Assembly (NCBI GenBank): GCA_964452145.1 | Contig: CAYVLA010000059.1 | Location: forward strand, 1 to 19,714 | Source: Candidatus Hadarchaeota archaeon | GTDB lineage: Archaea; CAYQAE01; CAYVLA01 | Reading direction: 5' to 3' | DNA length: 19,714 nucleotides | Shown: piece by piece, positions 8,784 to 16,952 of the stretch | Layout: each line of letters opens with the position of its first letter | Numbering within the stretch: the stretch's first letter is position 1 | Notes under the pieces: model-generated | The model's input: only the letters and a program-made list of their open reading frames with translations | Databases searched by the model: none | What the model was told of the DNA's origin: nothing | Made by a program: the position numbers and the translations under genes

Positions 8784-9397
8784 GCGCCCATCTCTCTTCC
8801 GGTGAGAAGGTCCTTCCTCTTCCCATTCATGGAGGCGAAGGGGACGGCCAGAACCTCTGCGCCCAGGAACTTGATCGAGTAGCTTATGGATTTCATCTTG
8901 TCCGGTTTCTCGGCCTCCATGCTCAGGAAGACGAAGTCCGCGAAGCCTTTGGCAAACTGCTCCGAGTGTACGCAGCCCTTGAGAGGCTTGCCCCTGCCCT
9001 CCACCGTCTCGTAGGTCGGCTGCCCACTGGTGAGATCCATGCTGAGCTTCTTGAGCACCTCCAGAGGCGCGTCGAAGCCGGGGATGTAGAAGGAGACCTG
9101 GCCCCCGGTGCCTTCCTTTCCGAAGATGGACGAGAAGAACCCGCCGGTGGCCGACCTGGAGGTGATGGAGACCTCAGCCCGGAGAACCCAGAACGGATAG
9201 TACTGTGTCTCCCGACCGGGCTCGACAATCTTGGCCGAGGCGAATTTAACGGGGACCTCCTTCAGCTCCCCCTCCACCAGGGCGTATCCCTGGCCGCAGT
9301 TGGCACAGTGGAAGACGGAATCGCGTTCTTCAGATTCCAGCAAGCTTCCGCAGCTCTTGCAGCTGAGGGGAACGACCTGGAGACCTTCGTCTTGCAC
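8777..9397 (-). CDS. Zinc-ribbon protein (YdjG-like paralog C, no TM)
   Basis: CKSCG...FHCANCG, then YYPFW and VPF motifs shared with the two upstream genes. GTG start with a GAGGTGA RBS. Confidence 0.7.
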   Translation of the reverse strand: MQDEGLQVVPLSCKSCGSLLESEERDSVFHCANCGQGYALVEGELKEVPVKFASAKIVEPGRETQYYPFWVLRAEVSITSRSATGGFFSSIFGKEGTGGQVSFYIPGFDAPLEVLKKLSMDLTSGQPTYETVEGRGKPLKGCVHSEQFAKGFADFVFLSMEAEKPDKMKSISYSIKFLGAEVLAVPFASMNGKRKDLLTGREMGAW

Positions 9398-10334
9398 TCT
9401 TCTTCACCTCTCCACCATATCTGAACTTCCAGAATCCGGCGATCATCAGTCCGATGCACGCCGCCGCTATGATCGCAATTGCCCTCAGGTCTATGTCCAA
9501 CCAGACAACCGTGGTGAGGACGAAGTTGCCAGCGAACATGGTTCCCACAAGGGATATGACCCGGAAAATGGTGCTCCCCGGAGCCCTGCCGTACAGAAGC
9601 TGGTTGGTCGCGCCGTCGGTCAGGGCCTGGTAGGTCCTGCCCTTGTAGTCGTACCTCAACACCCAGAGAGGATAGTAAACGATGCTGGGCTTGGTGTCCA
9701 CGACGTTCAACTTCTCGAAGGTCACCTCATCCACATCAACGCTGCCACGTGCCCAATCGACCATCTGGGCCCGGGCCTGTTTGAGAGCATCGGTTCTGGA
9801 CTTCGTCGGTTCGAAGACCATCCCATCCTTTTGGAGCTGCTCCCTGTTGTACATCGAGAGATCAGGGGAGGGCATCTCGACCGTGTCGACACCGAACTCT
9901 GAGACATCGCAGGCGGCATCGGTCCAGACGTAGCTCTTCATCACCATCCTCTCCACCGGCTCTCTGACCGTGCGGACCTCGGTCTTGTTTCCCCTCCGGA
10001 CTGTCTCCCGCCTGACCTTGTTCCCGAACACCCCTCCCACCACCTCGCCGCTTATTCTCCAGAACGGAAGGTATACCAGGAACGGGGTCTCGAACGCGGC
10101 AAGCTTTCGCAGATCACGCGCCTTATCTACGCCCCAAAACCATTTGCGGACCGATTCCACCGCTTGCCCGCCATCAGTCTTCCTAGTCTGATGGTACTTC
10201 AGCGTCCCCTTCTCGCCCCGCACAAGGAGCGACACGCCGCAGTATTTGCACTTCAGGGTGTTCATGCCCTCTCCCAGATCCAGGGACCCCCCGCATGAGG
10301 GACAGGATATGCCCTTGATCACGGATTCCGCCAA
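9330..10334 (-). CDS. Zinc-ribbon membrane protein (YdjG-like paralog B, two C-terminal TM)
   Basis: CPSCGG...KCKYCG, YLPFW and YYPLWVLRYDYKGRTYQALTDGAT...GRAP, then two TM helices. TTG start directly after the upstream TGA. Confidence 0.75.
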   Translation of the reverse strand: MAESVIKGISCPSCGGSLDLGEGMNTLKCKYCGVSLLVRGEKGTLKYHQTRKTDGGQAVESVRKWFWGVDKARDLRKLAAFETPFLVYLPFWRISGEVVGGVFGNKVRRETVRRGNKTEVRTVREPVERMVMKSYVWTDAACDVSEFGVDTVEMPSPDLSMYNREQLQKDGMVFEPTKSRTDALKQARAQMVDWARGSVDVDEVTFEKLNVVDTKPSIVYYPLWVLRYDYKGRTYQALTDGATNQLLYGRAPGSTIFRVISLVGTMFAGNFVLTTVVWLDIDLRAIAIIAAACIGLMIAGFWKFRYGGEVKKSARRRSPGRSPQLQELRKLAGI

Positions 10335-11096
10335 TCACACCCTCTCCGATACAAGCGTCGACACCAGTATGAGCGGCACGGCCGTGATGATGTACGCGAG
10401 CAGCTTGAGATCCAGGCGCACGATGATGAGGCCCTCGATCAGGAAGATCGCGAAGGCAACGGCCGCAACCGCGTAGAACGGCGCCTCGGCCTTCGCGGGG
10501 TATATTGAGGAGTAGACGTTCCCGGATGACGCCTCGACGATGGAGCTGTACGTCTGGCCGTCGTACTCGTACCTGAAATGGTACACCGGGACGTGGACCA
10601 GGGCGCTCTCGACGACCTGCTCCGGCGCGATGCCCTCCTTGCCGAGCCACTCAAGGGCGGCCGAATACAGCAACTCGGGCTCCTTCATCGTCCGGGCCTG
10701 ATGCTGCTGGGGATCGTAAAACTTTAGATCCCCTCCAGGCACGCTCAGCCTCTGCAGGTCCACTATCGGAGTGCTCGCGGCGAGGCGTGTGTGAATGCTT
10801 TCGTGGCCATCCTTCTTGGTCCGGAAGTACCAGACCGGAAAGTGGAAGAACTCCTCCTCGACGATCTTGGACTTCTCCCCAAGGCCTTTAACCGTCTCGT
10901 TGCCCGCCATCCAACGCTTAAGGCTTGCGCGCGCGTTCTCCGGGGAGATGGTGGTGGCCAAGACGTAGTGGAAGACCACCTTCCGCTTGTCGACGTAGAT
11001 CGCCGAAGCACAGTGGGGGCAGTTCAGGAAGAGTTCGCCCTCCCCGACCTCAATCTGGCCCCCGCATTGGGTGCAGCTGACCTGCAGATGCGCCAC
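10335..11096 (-). CDS. Zinc-ribbon membrane protein (YdjG-like paralog A, two C-terminal TM)
   Basis: CTQCGG...NCPHCA, HFPVW and HVPVYHFRYEYDGQTYSSIVEASSG...YP, then two TM helices. Confidence 0.75.
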   Translation of the reverse strand: MAHLQVSCTQCGGQIEVGEGELFLNCPHCASAIYVDKRKVVFHYVLATTISPENARASLKRWMAGNETVKGLGEKSKIVEEEFFHFPVWYFRTKKDGHESIHTRLAASTPIVDLQRLSVPGGDLKFYDPQQHQARTMKEPELLYSAALEWLGKEGIAPEQVVESALVHVPVYHFRYEYDGQTYSSIVEASSGNVYSSIYPAKAEAPFYAVAAVAFAIFLIEGLIIVRLDLKLLAYIITAVPLILVSTLVSERV

Positions 11097-11099
11097 CCC

Positions 11100-12212
11100 C
11101 TATTCAATCTTCGTGCCGCAAGCGAGGCAGAACTTGGCCCCCGCGGGCAGCTCGGCATTGCATTTGGCACAGGAGAGCACCAGCTTCTCACCGCAACCTG
11201 AGCAGAACTTCGCGCCTTTGGGAAGCTCGGCGTTGCACTTGGGGCAGTTCATCGTCTCAATGAGCTTCTCCCCGCAGCTCAGGCAGAACTTGGCCTCCAA
11301 CGGCACATCGGCGTTGCACTTGGGACATTTCTTGGTTGCAGCCTTCCTTTCCTGCGCCTCCTGTTGGGCCTTCTGGATCATCCCGGGCATCATCATGCCC
11401 AGCCCCGCGCCGACACCCAACCCCATGCCAGCCGCCGCGGTGCCTCCCTGACCCGTCCCTGCGGGCTGAGTGGCGATATCCCTCATGGCCCGCGCGGCCT
11501 GGTACTGGGTGAAGGCACCCACGTCGCCGACCGCTGCCATCTCGGTTCTGGCATCGATCATCTTCTGGACCTCCTCGGGAGGAGTTATCGCGTTGATGAG
11601 CAGATCCACCAGCTCAACGCCGTACTTGTCGAAATCCTCCTTGACCCTGGTCTTCAGTGCGGCTGCTATCTCGTCGTAGTACTTGGGCAGGTCAAAGATG
11701 GTGCTCAGCATCTCGCCCAGAAGGTCGTTCAGCCGTGCGACTATGATCTCCCTGAAGAAGCTCTCTATGCGGTCTGAGGTGTACAGGCCCTGTGTGCCGA
11801 CTATCTTGTTGATGAACAGAAGGGGGTCCAAGATCCGGGGCGAGAAGATTCCGAAGGCCCTCAGCCTCACCATGGCCAGTTCCTTGTCCCTGAAGACTAT
11901 CGGCTGGGCCGTGCCCCACTTCAGGTTGGTGAAGACCTTCTGGTTGACGAAGTAGACCTCGGCCCTGAAGGGACTCTTGAAGCCGAATGGCAGGCTCAGA
12001 AAGCCGGTTATCAGCGGCAGGTTCATCGTCGTCAGCGTGTGTCTCCCGGGGCCCATCACATCGTAGGCCTTGCCATCCCTGAAGAAAACACCGGCCTGGG
12101 ATTCGCGCACGATGAGCTGAGCTCCGGACCTTATGGCGCCCGAGCCGCTCGCTGGCCAGCGGACCACCATCTCATTTCCCGTCTTGTCCAAGGACTCTAT
12201 GACTTCCGGCAT
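11100..12212 (-). CDS. SPFH (band 7) domain protein, YdjI-like, with three C-terminal zinc ribbons
   Basis: GAQLIVRESQAGVFFRDGKAYDVMGPGRHTLTTMNLP, PFRAEVYFVN, KWGT, VRLRAFG and ITPPEEVQKMID, a glycine-rich GMGLGVGAGLG linker, then 3x CxxC-x10-CxxCG. Confidence 0.9.
   Translation of the reverse strand: MPEVIESLDKTGNEMVVRWPASGSGAIRSGAQLIVRESQAGVFFRDGKAYDVMGPGRHTLTTMNLPLITGFLSLPFGFKSPFRAEVYFVNQKVFTNLKWGTAQPIVFRDKELAMVRLRAFGIFSPRILDPLLFINKIVGTQGLYTSDRIESFFREIIVARLNDLLGEMLSTIFDLPKYYDEIAAALKTRVKEDFDKYGVELVDLLINAITPPEEVQKMIDARTEMAAVGDVGAFTQYQAARAMRDIATQPAGTGQGGTAAAGMGLGVGAGLGMMMPGMIQKAQQEAQERKAATKKCPKCNADVPLEAKFCLSCGEKLIETMNCPKCNAELPKGAKFCSGCGEKLVLSCAKCNAELPAGAKFCLACGTKIE
11103..11330 (-). repeat. 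Three tandem intragenic repeats of about 75-81 bp encoding zinc ribbons
   Basis: CPKCNADVPLEAKFCLSCGEKL / CPKCNAELPKGAKFCSGCGEKL / CAKCNAELPAGAKFCLACGTKI; the DNA words GCAGAACTT and TCGGC(G/A)TTGCA recur three times. Confidence 0.9.
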
Positions 12213-12722
12213 CTACCTGATCCCCCTGATGAGATCGTCTCTTCCCGTGATCTTCTGTTCCACCTCATCCACCAGCGCCTCGAGTTCCTCCAGCTTCTCC
12301 CTCGCGCGGTCTTGGGTGTCCAGGGCGGAGCCCAGCTCGCCGATCTTGTTCTTGAGCCTGTCCGCATCCTCGAGGAGTGATGCGTCGAACTGGTAGAGCT
12401 TGTCCAGCTCCTCCTCCTTGACCTTTATCAGGTCGAAGAAGCCCGCGTACCCGTAGCTGGCGAACCGAACCTTGTCCACGATCTTCTCCAGACGTCTGAC
12501 GATCCTGTCTGCGAAGCCGAGGGAATCGAGATACCCCTTTGCGGCCATCTTGGCATTTGCGGACTCCAAGTTTGACTTGGCCTCCCCGAGCCTCCTAGCG
12601 GTGAATGTCCTCTGAAGCTTGTCTGCCTCCCGTCTGAGCTCTTTGTCCTTGTAGCCCCCGTATCCCGGGATCAGCCTAGCTATCTTCTCCAGAAGGCGTT
12701 CCTCAACCTTTCGTTCCTTCAG
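12213..12722 (-). CDS. Conserved all-alpha hypothetical protein, first gene of the SPFH operon; probable CTG start
   Basis: The frame is open upstream of the tracked TTG (12569) and encodes LKERKVEERLLEKIARLIPGYGGYKDKELRREADKLQR. No ATG/GTG/TTG occurs before the in-frame TAG, and GAGGAGG lies 8 nt before CTG 12722. Confidence 0.7.
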   Translation of the reverse strand: MKERKVEERLLEKIARLIPGYGGYKDKELRREADKLQRTFTARRLGEAKSNLESANAKMAAKGYLDSLGFADRIVRRLEKIVDKVRFASYGYAGFFDLIKVKEEELDKLYQFDASLLEDADRLKNKIGELGSALDTQDRAREKLEELEALVDEVEQKITGRDDLIRGIR

Positions 12723-12738
12723 AGCCCGTCCCTCCTCG

Positions 12739-12815
12739 GCTAGGGCCCATTGCCCCTAGCTAGGGCTAATAAATCTATGGTGAAGCGTGAAGCGTGAAGC
12801 CTCGCGAAGCGTGAG
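12739..12815 (-). promoter_or_regulatory. Promoter/operator region of the SPFH operon: TATA-like ATTTATTA, palindrome CCCTAGCTAGGG and GTGAAGC tandem repeats
   Basis: TATA-like 12767-12774 (minus); perfect 12-bp palindrome 12754-12765; GCTAGGGC at 12739 and 12759; GTGAAGC x3 at 12780-12800 plus degenerate copies to 12815. Confidence 0.55.
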
Positions 12816-12960
12816 TCGCCGAAGATGTCACGGCCTCCCGTCAACTCGTGCTTGTATCAGGCTCTGCCCCAACACAACCTACCACCGACCACCACTCCCA
12901 TCGGGAAAATATTTCAAACGACTTCCACACCGGGTTGAGTTTCGTCGGCGCGGTGCCTAA

Positions 12961-13491
12961 ATGACAGCCATATCAGTCATGCCGGAGAGATGCTCAGGTT
13001 GTCGGACATGCGAGCTGGTCTGCGCCCAGCACCACTTCCGTGTGAACAACCCGAAGAAGTCGGCCATCAGAGTGATCGTTGTATATCCTAACCCCCTCAT
13101 TCGCACCCCAATCGTGTGTCGCCAGTGCGATGATCCGGAGTGTAAGAAGGCGTGTCCTTCGGAGGCAATTCAGATCGTCCAGGGTGTGGTCAGGATAGAT
13201 TCCGATCTCTGCACGCATTGCCAGGCCTGCGTGGAGGCCTGTCCCTACGGTGCCATATTCGTCCACCGGAACGTCCCGGTGCCCATCAAGTGTGACCTCT
13301 GTTCAGGCTCCCCGCAGTGTATCAAGGCATGCCCCAAGTCAGCCCTGACCGTGGACGGCCGCCATGACAAGCAACCGAGGCTTGTGGGCGGCAAGATCGA
13401 GTACGCCGGGTTCAGCGAGCTGGTCGTCCCCGCCCGGGGCGGAGAAGGAATCCATATCATCAGTTACGTCGACGGAGCACGATCCAGATGA
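12961..13491 (+). CDS. 4Fe-4S polyferredoxin (four-cluster electron-transfer subunit) of the tungsten oxidoreductase
   Basis: CSGCRTCELVC, CRQCDDPECKKACP, CTHCQACVEACPYG and KCDLC...PQCIKACP; ATGA overlap with the next gene. Confidence 0.93.
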   Translation: MTAISVMPERCSGCRTCELVCAQHHFRVNNPKKSAIRVIVVYPNPLIRTPIVCRQCDDPECKKACPSEAIQIVQGVVRIDSDLCTHCQACVEACPYGAIFVHRNVPVPIKCDLCSGSPQCIKACPKSALTVDGRHDKQPRLVGGKIEYAGFSELVVPARGGEGIHIISYVDGARSR

Positions 13492-15359
13492 AGGCGAAGG
13501 GAGGGTACTTCAACTCAATCCTCGAGGTCGACCTCTCGGGGGCGCGGGCAAAGAGGACACAGGTCACCGACGATTTCGCCCTCAAATACCTGGGAGGAAG
13601 GGGATGGGGCGCGAGACTGACCTGGGACAACCTCGTCCGTGTAGCGGATCCGTTCGGCCCGGGGAACTTGCTCACAATAGCCCCCGGTCCGCTGAACGGG
13701 CTCCTGATCCCTGCATCCGGGAAGACCTCCTTCTGCTGCATCTCGCTGGCAACCGGCATCTATGCGGATAGCAACATGGGGGGTAGCTTCGGGACCGAGA
13801 TTAGAATGGCCGGCCTGGATGCCGTATGCATCAGGGGGAGGGCGAAGGTCCTCTCGTACCTCTGGGTGGACGATGGGATCGCAGAGGTGCGAAGCGCGGA
13901 CAAGCTTAAGGGAATCGGGGCAACCGAGACGCAACGCATCCTCAAGGAGCAGCTTGGCTGGGATGATGTGCGGGTGGTGGCCATCGGACCTGCGGGCGAG
14001 AACGGCGTTGTCTTCGCGACGATCAACGGAGACTGGGGGAGAAATGCAGGCAGAACTGGAATGGGCGCGGTTCTGGGCTCGAAGAACTTGAAGGCCATCG
14101 CGGTTAGAGGGACAAATGATCTCCCTGTCCACGATATGGATGCGCTCATGGATGTGAGCGACAGGGCCTTCGGCTATTTACGCGGTCACCCGTCCCTGGA
14201 GGTGTGGCAAAGACAAGGGCTCATGACGGTGATCGACTATGCAAACACCATTGGATTCCTTCCAACAATGAACTTCAGAGATGCCCACTTCGAGGGAGCG
14301 CCCAAGATCAACGGCGATGTGATGGAGTCAAGATACAAGATAGGTGATTCCGCCTGCTTCGCATGTCCCATGTGCTGTGGCAAGGTGTGCCTGGTCAAAG
14401 AGGGACCATGGAAGGGCTCCGTTTGCGAGGGCCCCGAGTACGAGACCGCAGCAATGTTCGGTTCAAACATCGGCGTCGACGACTTCTCCTTCATCCTGAA
14501 GGCGAACGAACTCTGCGACCAACTCGGCATCGACACGATCTCAACTGGCAACCTGATCGCGATGATTATCGAGGCCCGGGAGAGCGGCATTCTGAATGGG
14601 GACGACCTTGGAGGACTGCAGATCCGGTGGGGCGACCAGGAAGGGGCGGTAAGGCTCATGGAGATGATAGCCAGGAAGGAGGGCATCGGGGCCTACATGG
14701 CCCAGGGCTCGAAAGGCCTGGTCGCTAGATGGCCTCGGCTGGAAAGGATCGCGGTCCAGGTCAAGGGCCTTGAGCAGTCGGCTTACGACTCCCGAGTGAG
14801 CATGTGCATGGCTCTGGCCTACGGGACCTGTGACATCGGGGCCCACCATACTAGGGCTTGGCCGATCGCGAAGGAGCTGCAGATGGGCAAGGACTGGGGC
14901 ATGAAGGAGAAGGTAGATCTGGTGATGTACCACCAAGCCGTAAGGCCTGTATTTGACATGCTGGGGGTCTGCAGGCTGCCCTGGATCGAACTGGGGATCG
15001 ACGAGAACCTCTACGCCGAGATGTACTCGGCAGTGGTGGGGATCAAGGTCACGTTGGCGGATCTCCTTGCCAGGTCGAAGGTCGTCTACGACCTGACCAG
15101 AGCCATCAGCGTCAAGCTGGGGACGCGTAAGTCCAGCGACTATCCGGCACCAAGGACCTTCAAGGATCCAATCCAGTCAGGACCCTTCGCAGGCAGGGTA
15201 GCCGATCCCCAGGAGTACGAGGTCATCCTCAGGACTTACTACGAGAGGCGCGGATGGGACCCGGAGACCGGGATACCGAGGAGGGAAACCCTCATCAATG
15301 ATGGCCTTGAGGATGTTGCACGTGAACTGGAGAGATCCCTCGAGGAGGAGATGAAGTGA
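13488..15359 (+). CDS. Tungsten aldehyde:ferredoxin oxidoreductase family protein (FOR-like subfamily)
   Basis: YLGGRGWGAR, DSNMGGSFG, IGPAGEN, AGRTGMGAVLGSKNLKAI, CFACPMCC, EGPEYET and DQLGIDTIS. IGAHHxxAWxIAxE and CRLPWIE resemble P. furiosus FOR rather than AOR (from memory). Confidence 0.95.
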   Translation: MKAKGGYFNSILEVDLSGARAKRTQVTDDFALKYLGGRGWGARLTWDNLVRVADPFGPGNLLTIAPGPLNGLLIPASGKTSFCCISLATGIYADSNMGGSFGTEIRMAGLDAVCIRGRAKVLSYLWVDDGIAEVRSADKLKGIGATETQRILKEQLGWDDVRVVAIGPAGENGVVFATINGDWGRNAGRTGMGAVLGSKNLKAIAVRGTNDLPVHDMDALMDVSDRAFGYLRGHPSLEVWQRQGLMTVIDYANTIGFLPTMNFRDAHFEGAPKINGDVMESRYKIGDSACFACPMCCGKVCLVKEGPWKGSVCEGPEYETAAMFGSNIGVDDFSFILKANELCDQLGIDTISTGNLIAMIIEARESGILNGDDLGGLQIRWGDQEGAVRLMEMIARKEGIGAYMAQGSKGLVARWPRLERIAVQVKGLEQSAYDSRVSMCMALAYGTCDIGAHHTRAWPIAKELQMGKDWGMKEKVDLVMYHQAVRPVFDMLGVCRLPWIELGIDENLYAEMYSAVVGIKVTLADLLARSKVVYDLTRAISVKLGTRKSSDYPAPRTFKDPIQSGPFAGRVADPQEYEVILRTYYERRGWDPETGIPRRETLINDGLEDVARELERSLEEEMK

Positions 15360-16153
15360 GGATCGGATTCGTGGGCGGCGGAAAGCTCGCTGAAGCAATG
15401 ATCTCGGGGTTGGTGAAGTCGGGGGTGGCAGGCTCGGATGAGATAACCGTCTCGGACATCGACCCCTGCCGGAGACGCTTCTTGGAGGAAGAGTTCCGGG
15501 TCAAGGTGGTCTCGGACAACTCAGAGGCGATTCCGACCTCGGACGTTGTCATACTGGCCCTGAAGCCGAACGTGTTGTTGGCGGCGCTGAGAGGCCTGGA
15601 TCAGCGAATCGGGTCCAAGCTCGTCATAAGCGTTGCCGCAGGGATCCCCATACTGCGGGTGGAATCCTGTCTCCCAGAAGGAACGCGCGTGGTGAGGGCC
15701 ATGCCCAACATCAACTGCGCCGTTCAGGAGAGCTGTACCGCCCTCTCTCCTGGAACCCACTCGGCCGCGGCCGAGCTGCAGAAGGCTGAAACCATCTTCG
15801 GGGCCGTGGGCAGGACCTTCAGGGTGGACGAGGCGAAGATGGACGCGGTGACCGCCTTGAGCGGCAGCGGGCCGGCCTATGCCTTCATCTTCATTGAGGC
15901 ACTCTCCGATGCTGGCGTGCTCCACGGACTGGAGAGAGCCGATGCCACCAGGATGGCTGCCCAGACGATTCTGGGAGCGGCGAAGATGGTGTTGGAGACC
16001 GGTATACACCCGGCCGAACTGAAGGACAGAGTCTGCTCGCCCGGCGGCACAACGATCGCCGCCGTAAGGGCGCTTGAGGGCGGAGGCTTCAGAGCCTCGG
16101 TGATGGACGCGGTCTCCCAAGCCCATCGACGATCAAGGGAGCTCTCCGTCTAA
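15356..16153 (+). CDS. proC: Pyrroline-5-carboxylate reductase
   Basis: IGFVGGGKLAEA, VILALKP, ISVAAG, VVRAMPN, DAVTALSGSGPAY and VCSPGGTTI; GTGA overlap with the oxidoreductase stop and a GAGGAGGAG RBS. Confidence 0.97.
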   Translation: MRIGFVGGGKLAEAMISGLVKSGVAGSDEITVSDIDPCRRRFLEEEFRVKVVSDNSEAIPTSDVVILALKPNVLLAALRGLDQRIGSKLVISVAAGIPILRVESCLPEGTRVVRAMPNINCAVQESCTALSPGTHSAAAELQKAETIFGAVGRTFRVDEAKMDAVTALSGSGPAYAFIFIEALSDAGVLHGLERADATRMAAQTILGAAKMVLETGIHPAELKDRVCSPGGTTIAAVRALEGGGFRASVMDAVSQAHRRSRELSV

Positions 16154-16635
16154 CGCAGGTGTGCGGATTCGAACTCGAGCAACCTCCTCTTCATCTCGAC
16201 GTCCCCGCCGAAGCCTCCTATTCCGTGCTTGGCCACCACCCTGTGACACGGAATCAGTATCGCCACGGGATTGCCCGCCATGGCACTGCCCACTGCCCGC
16301 CACGCCTTGGACGACAGCTGCTGGGCGATCTCGGAATAGGCCATGGTCTGACCGTAGGGTATCTCCATTGCCTTGAGCAATGCCGCGCGACGGAAGGCGC
16401 CCCTGACCAAGCCGATCCGTGCCCTGGTCAGTTCTTGGGAAAAGCTGCGGCGTTTGCCCTGTGCGTACTCGGCGAGCTCAAGTGACGTAGGTAAACTGTA
16501 GTCACCCCTCCATGATCTCATCCCCGAGCTGAGGCTGACCCCCTCAAGTCGTCCGTCCGCCCACGCATTGACCTCGATCGTGCAACCCAACTTCTCCGCC
16601 GGCACCCACTCGCGAATCATGTCCAAGATCCTCAC
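16150..16635 (-). CDS. ogt: Methylated-DNA--protein-cysteine methyltransferase
   Basis: IPYGQTMAYSEIA, RAVGSAMAGNPVAILIPCHRVV (active-site PCHR) and KRRLLEFE. Confidence 0.93.
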   Translation of the reverse strand: MRILDMIREWVPAEKLGCTIEVNAWADGRLEGVSLSSGMRSWRGDYSLPTSLELAEYAQGKRRSFSQELTRARIGLVRGAFRRAALLKAMEIPYGQTMAYSEIAQQLSSKAWRAVGSAMAGNPVAILIPCHRVVAKHGIGGFGGDVEMKRRLLEFESAHLR

Positions 16636-16729
16636 CCAGGATCCATACGATGCGGTGACCTGGGGAGGAATGCCTGAAAACTGTATGGTGCCGAATGCGA
16701 ATGCCAGATGTCAGTCGACGCTCGCCTGA

Positions 16730-16933
16730 CTAGGAAACCCGTACCGAGCGCAGACGGCCCTTATCCTGGGCCTTGGCTTCCGCCTGGCGTGCCGACTCAA
16801 CATATCTCTCCAGCTCGCCCAGCAGCACCTTGGCCTCCGATATTGCCTCTGCGGCGGCCCTCCAGTTGCGCTTTCCGCTGAGCACTATGAGGAGCTCCAT
16901 GTTGTGCATGAGCCTCTTCATGGTGTCCTCCAA
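16730..16933 (-). CDS. Small helical hypothetical protein (67 aa)
   Basis: GGGAGGT RBS before the TTG (and GGAGG before an internal ATG); amphipathic helical sequence; follows the upstream small gene on the same strand. Confidence 0.55.
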   Translation of the reverse strand: MEDTMKRLMHNMELLIVLSGKRNWRAAAEAISEAKVLLGELERYVESARQAEAKAQDKGRLRSVRVS

Positions 16934-16952
16934 CTCTTAACCTCCCGTGCCA

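Noticed and set aside
8777..11096. Zn-ribbon proteins as PriA, TFIIB or DnaJ
   Set aside because: No helicase motifs, cyclin folds or J-domain HPD motif; only the ribbon is similar.
12780..12815. GTGAAGC repeats as a CRISPR array
   Set aside because: The units are 7 bp with no spacers, and there are no cas genes.
6834..16126. Long antisense ORFs (e.g. 6834..7436, 8771..9424, 9231..9902, 13515..14132, 15521..16126)
   Set aside because: Expected shadow ORFs in GC-rich coding DNA, lying opposite well-supported genes.
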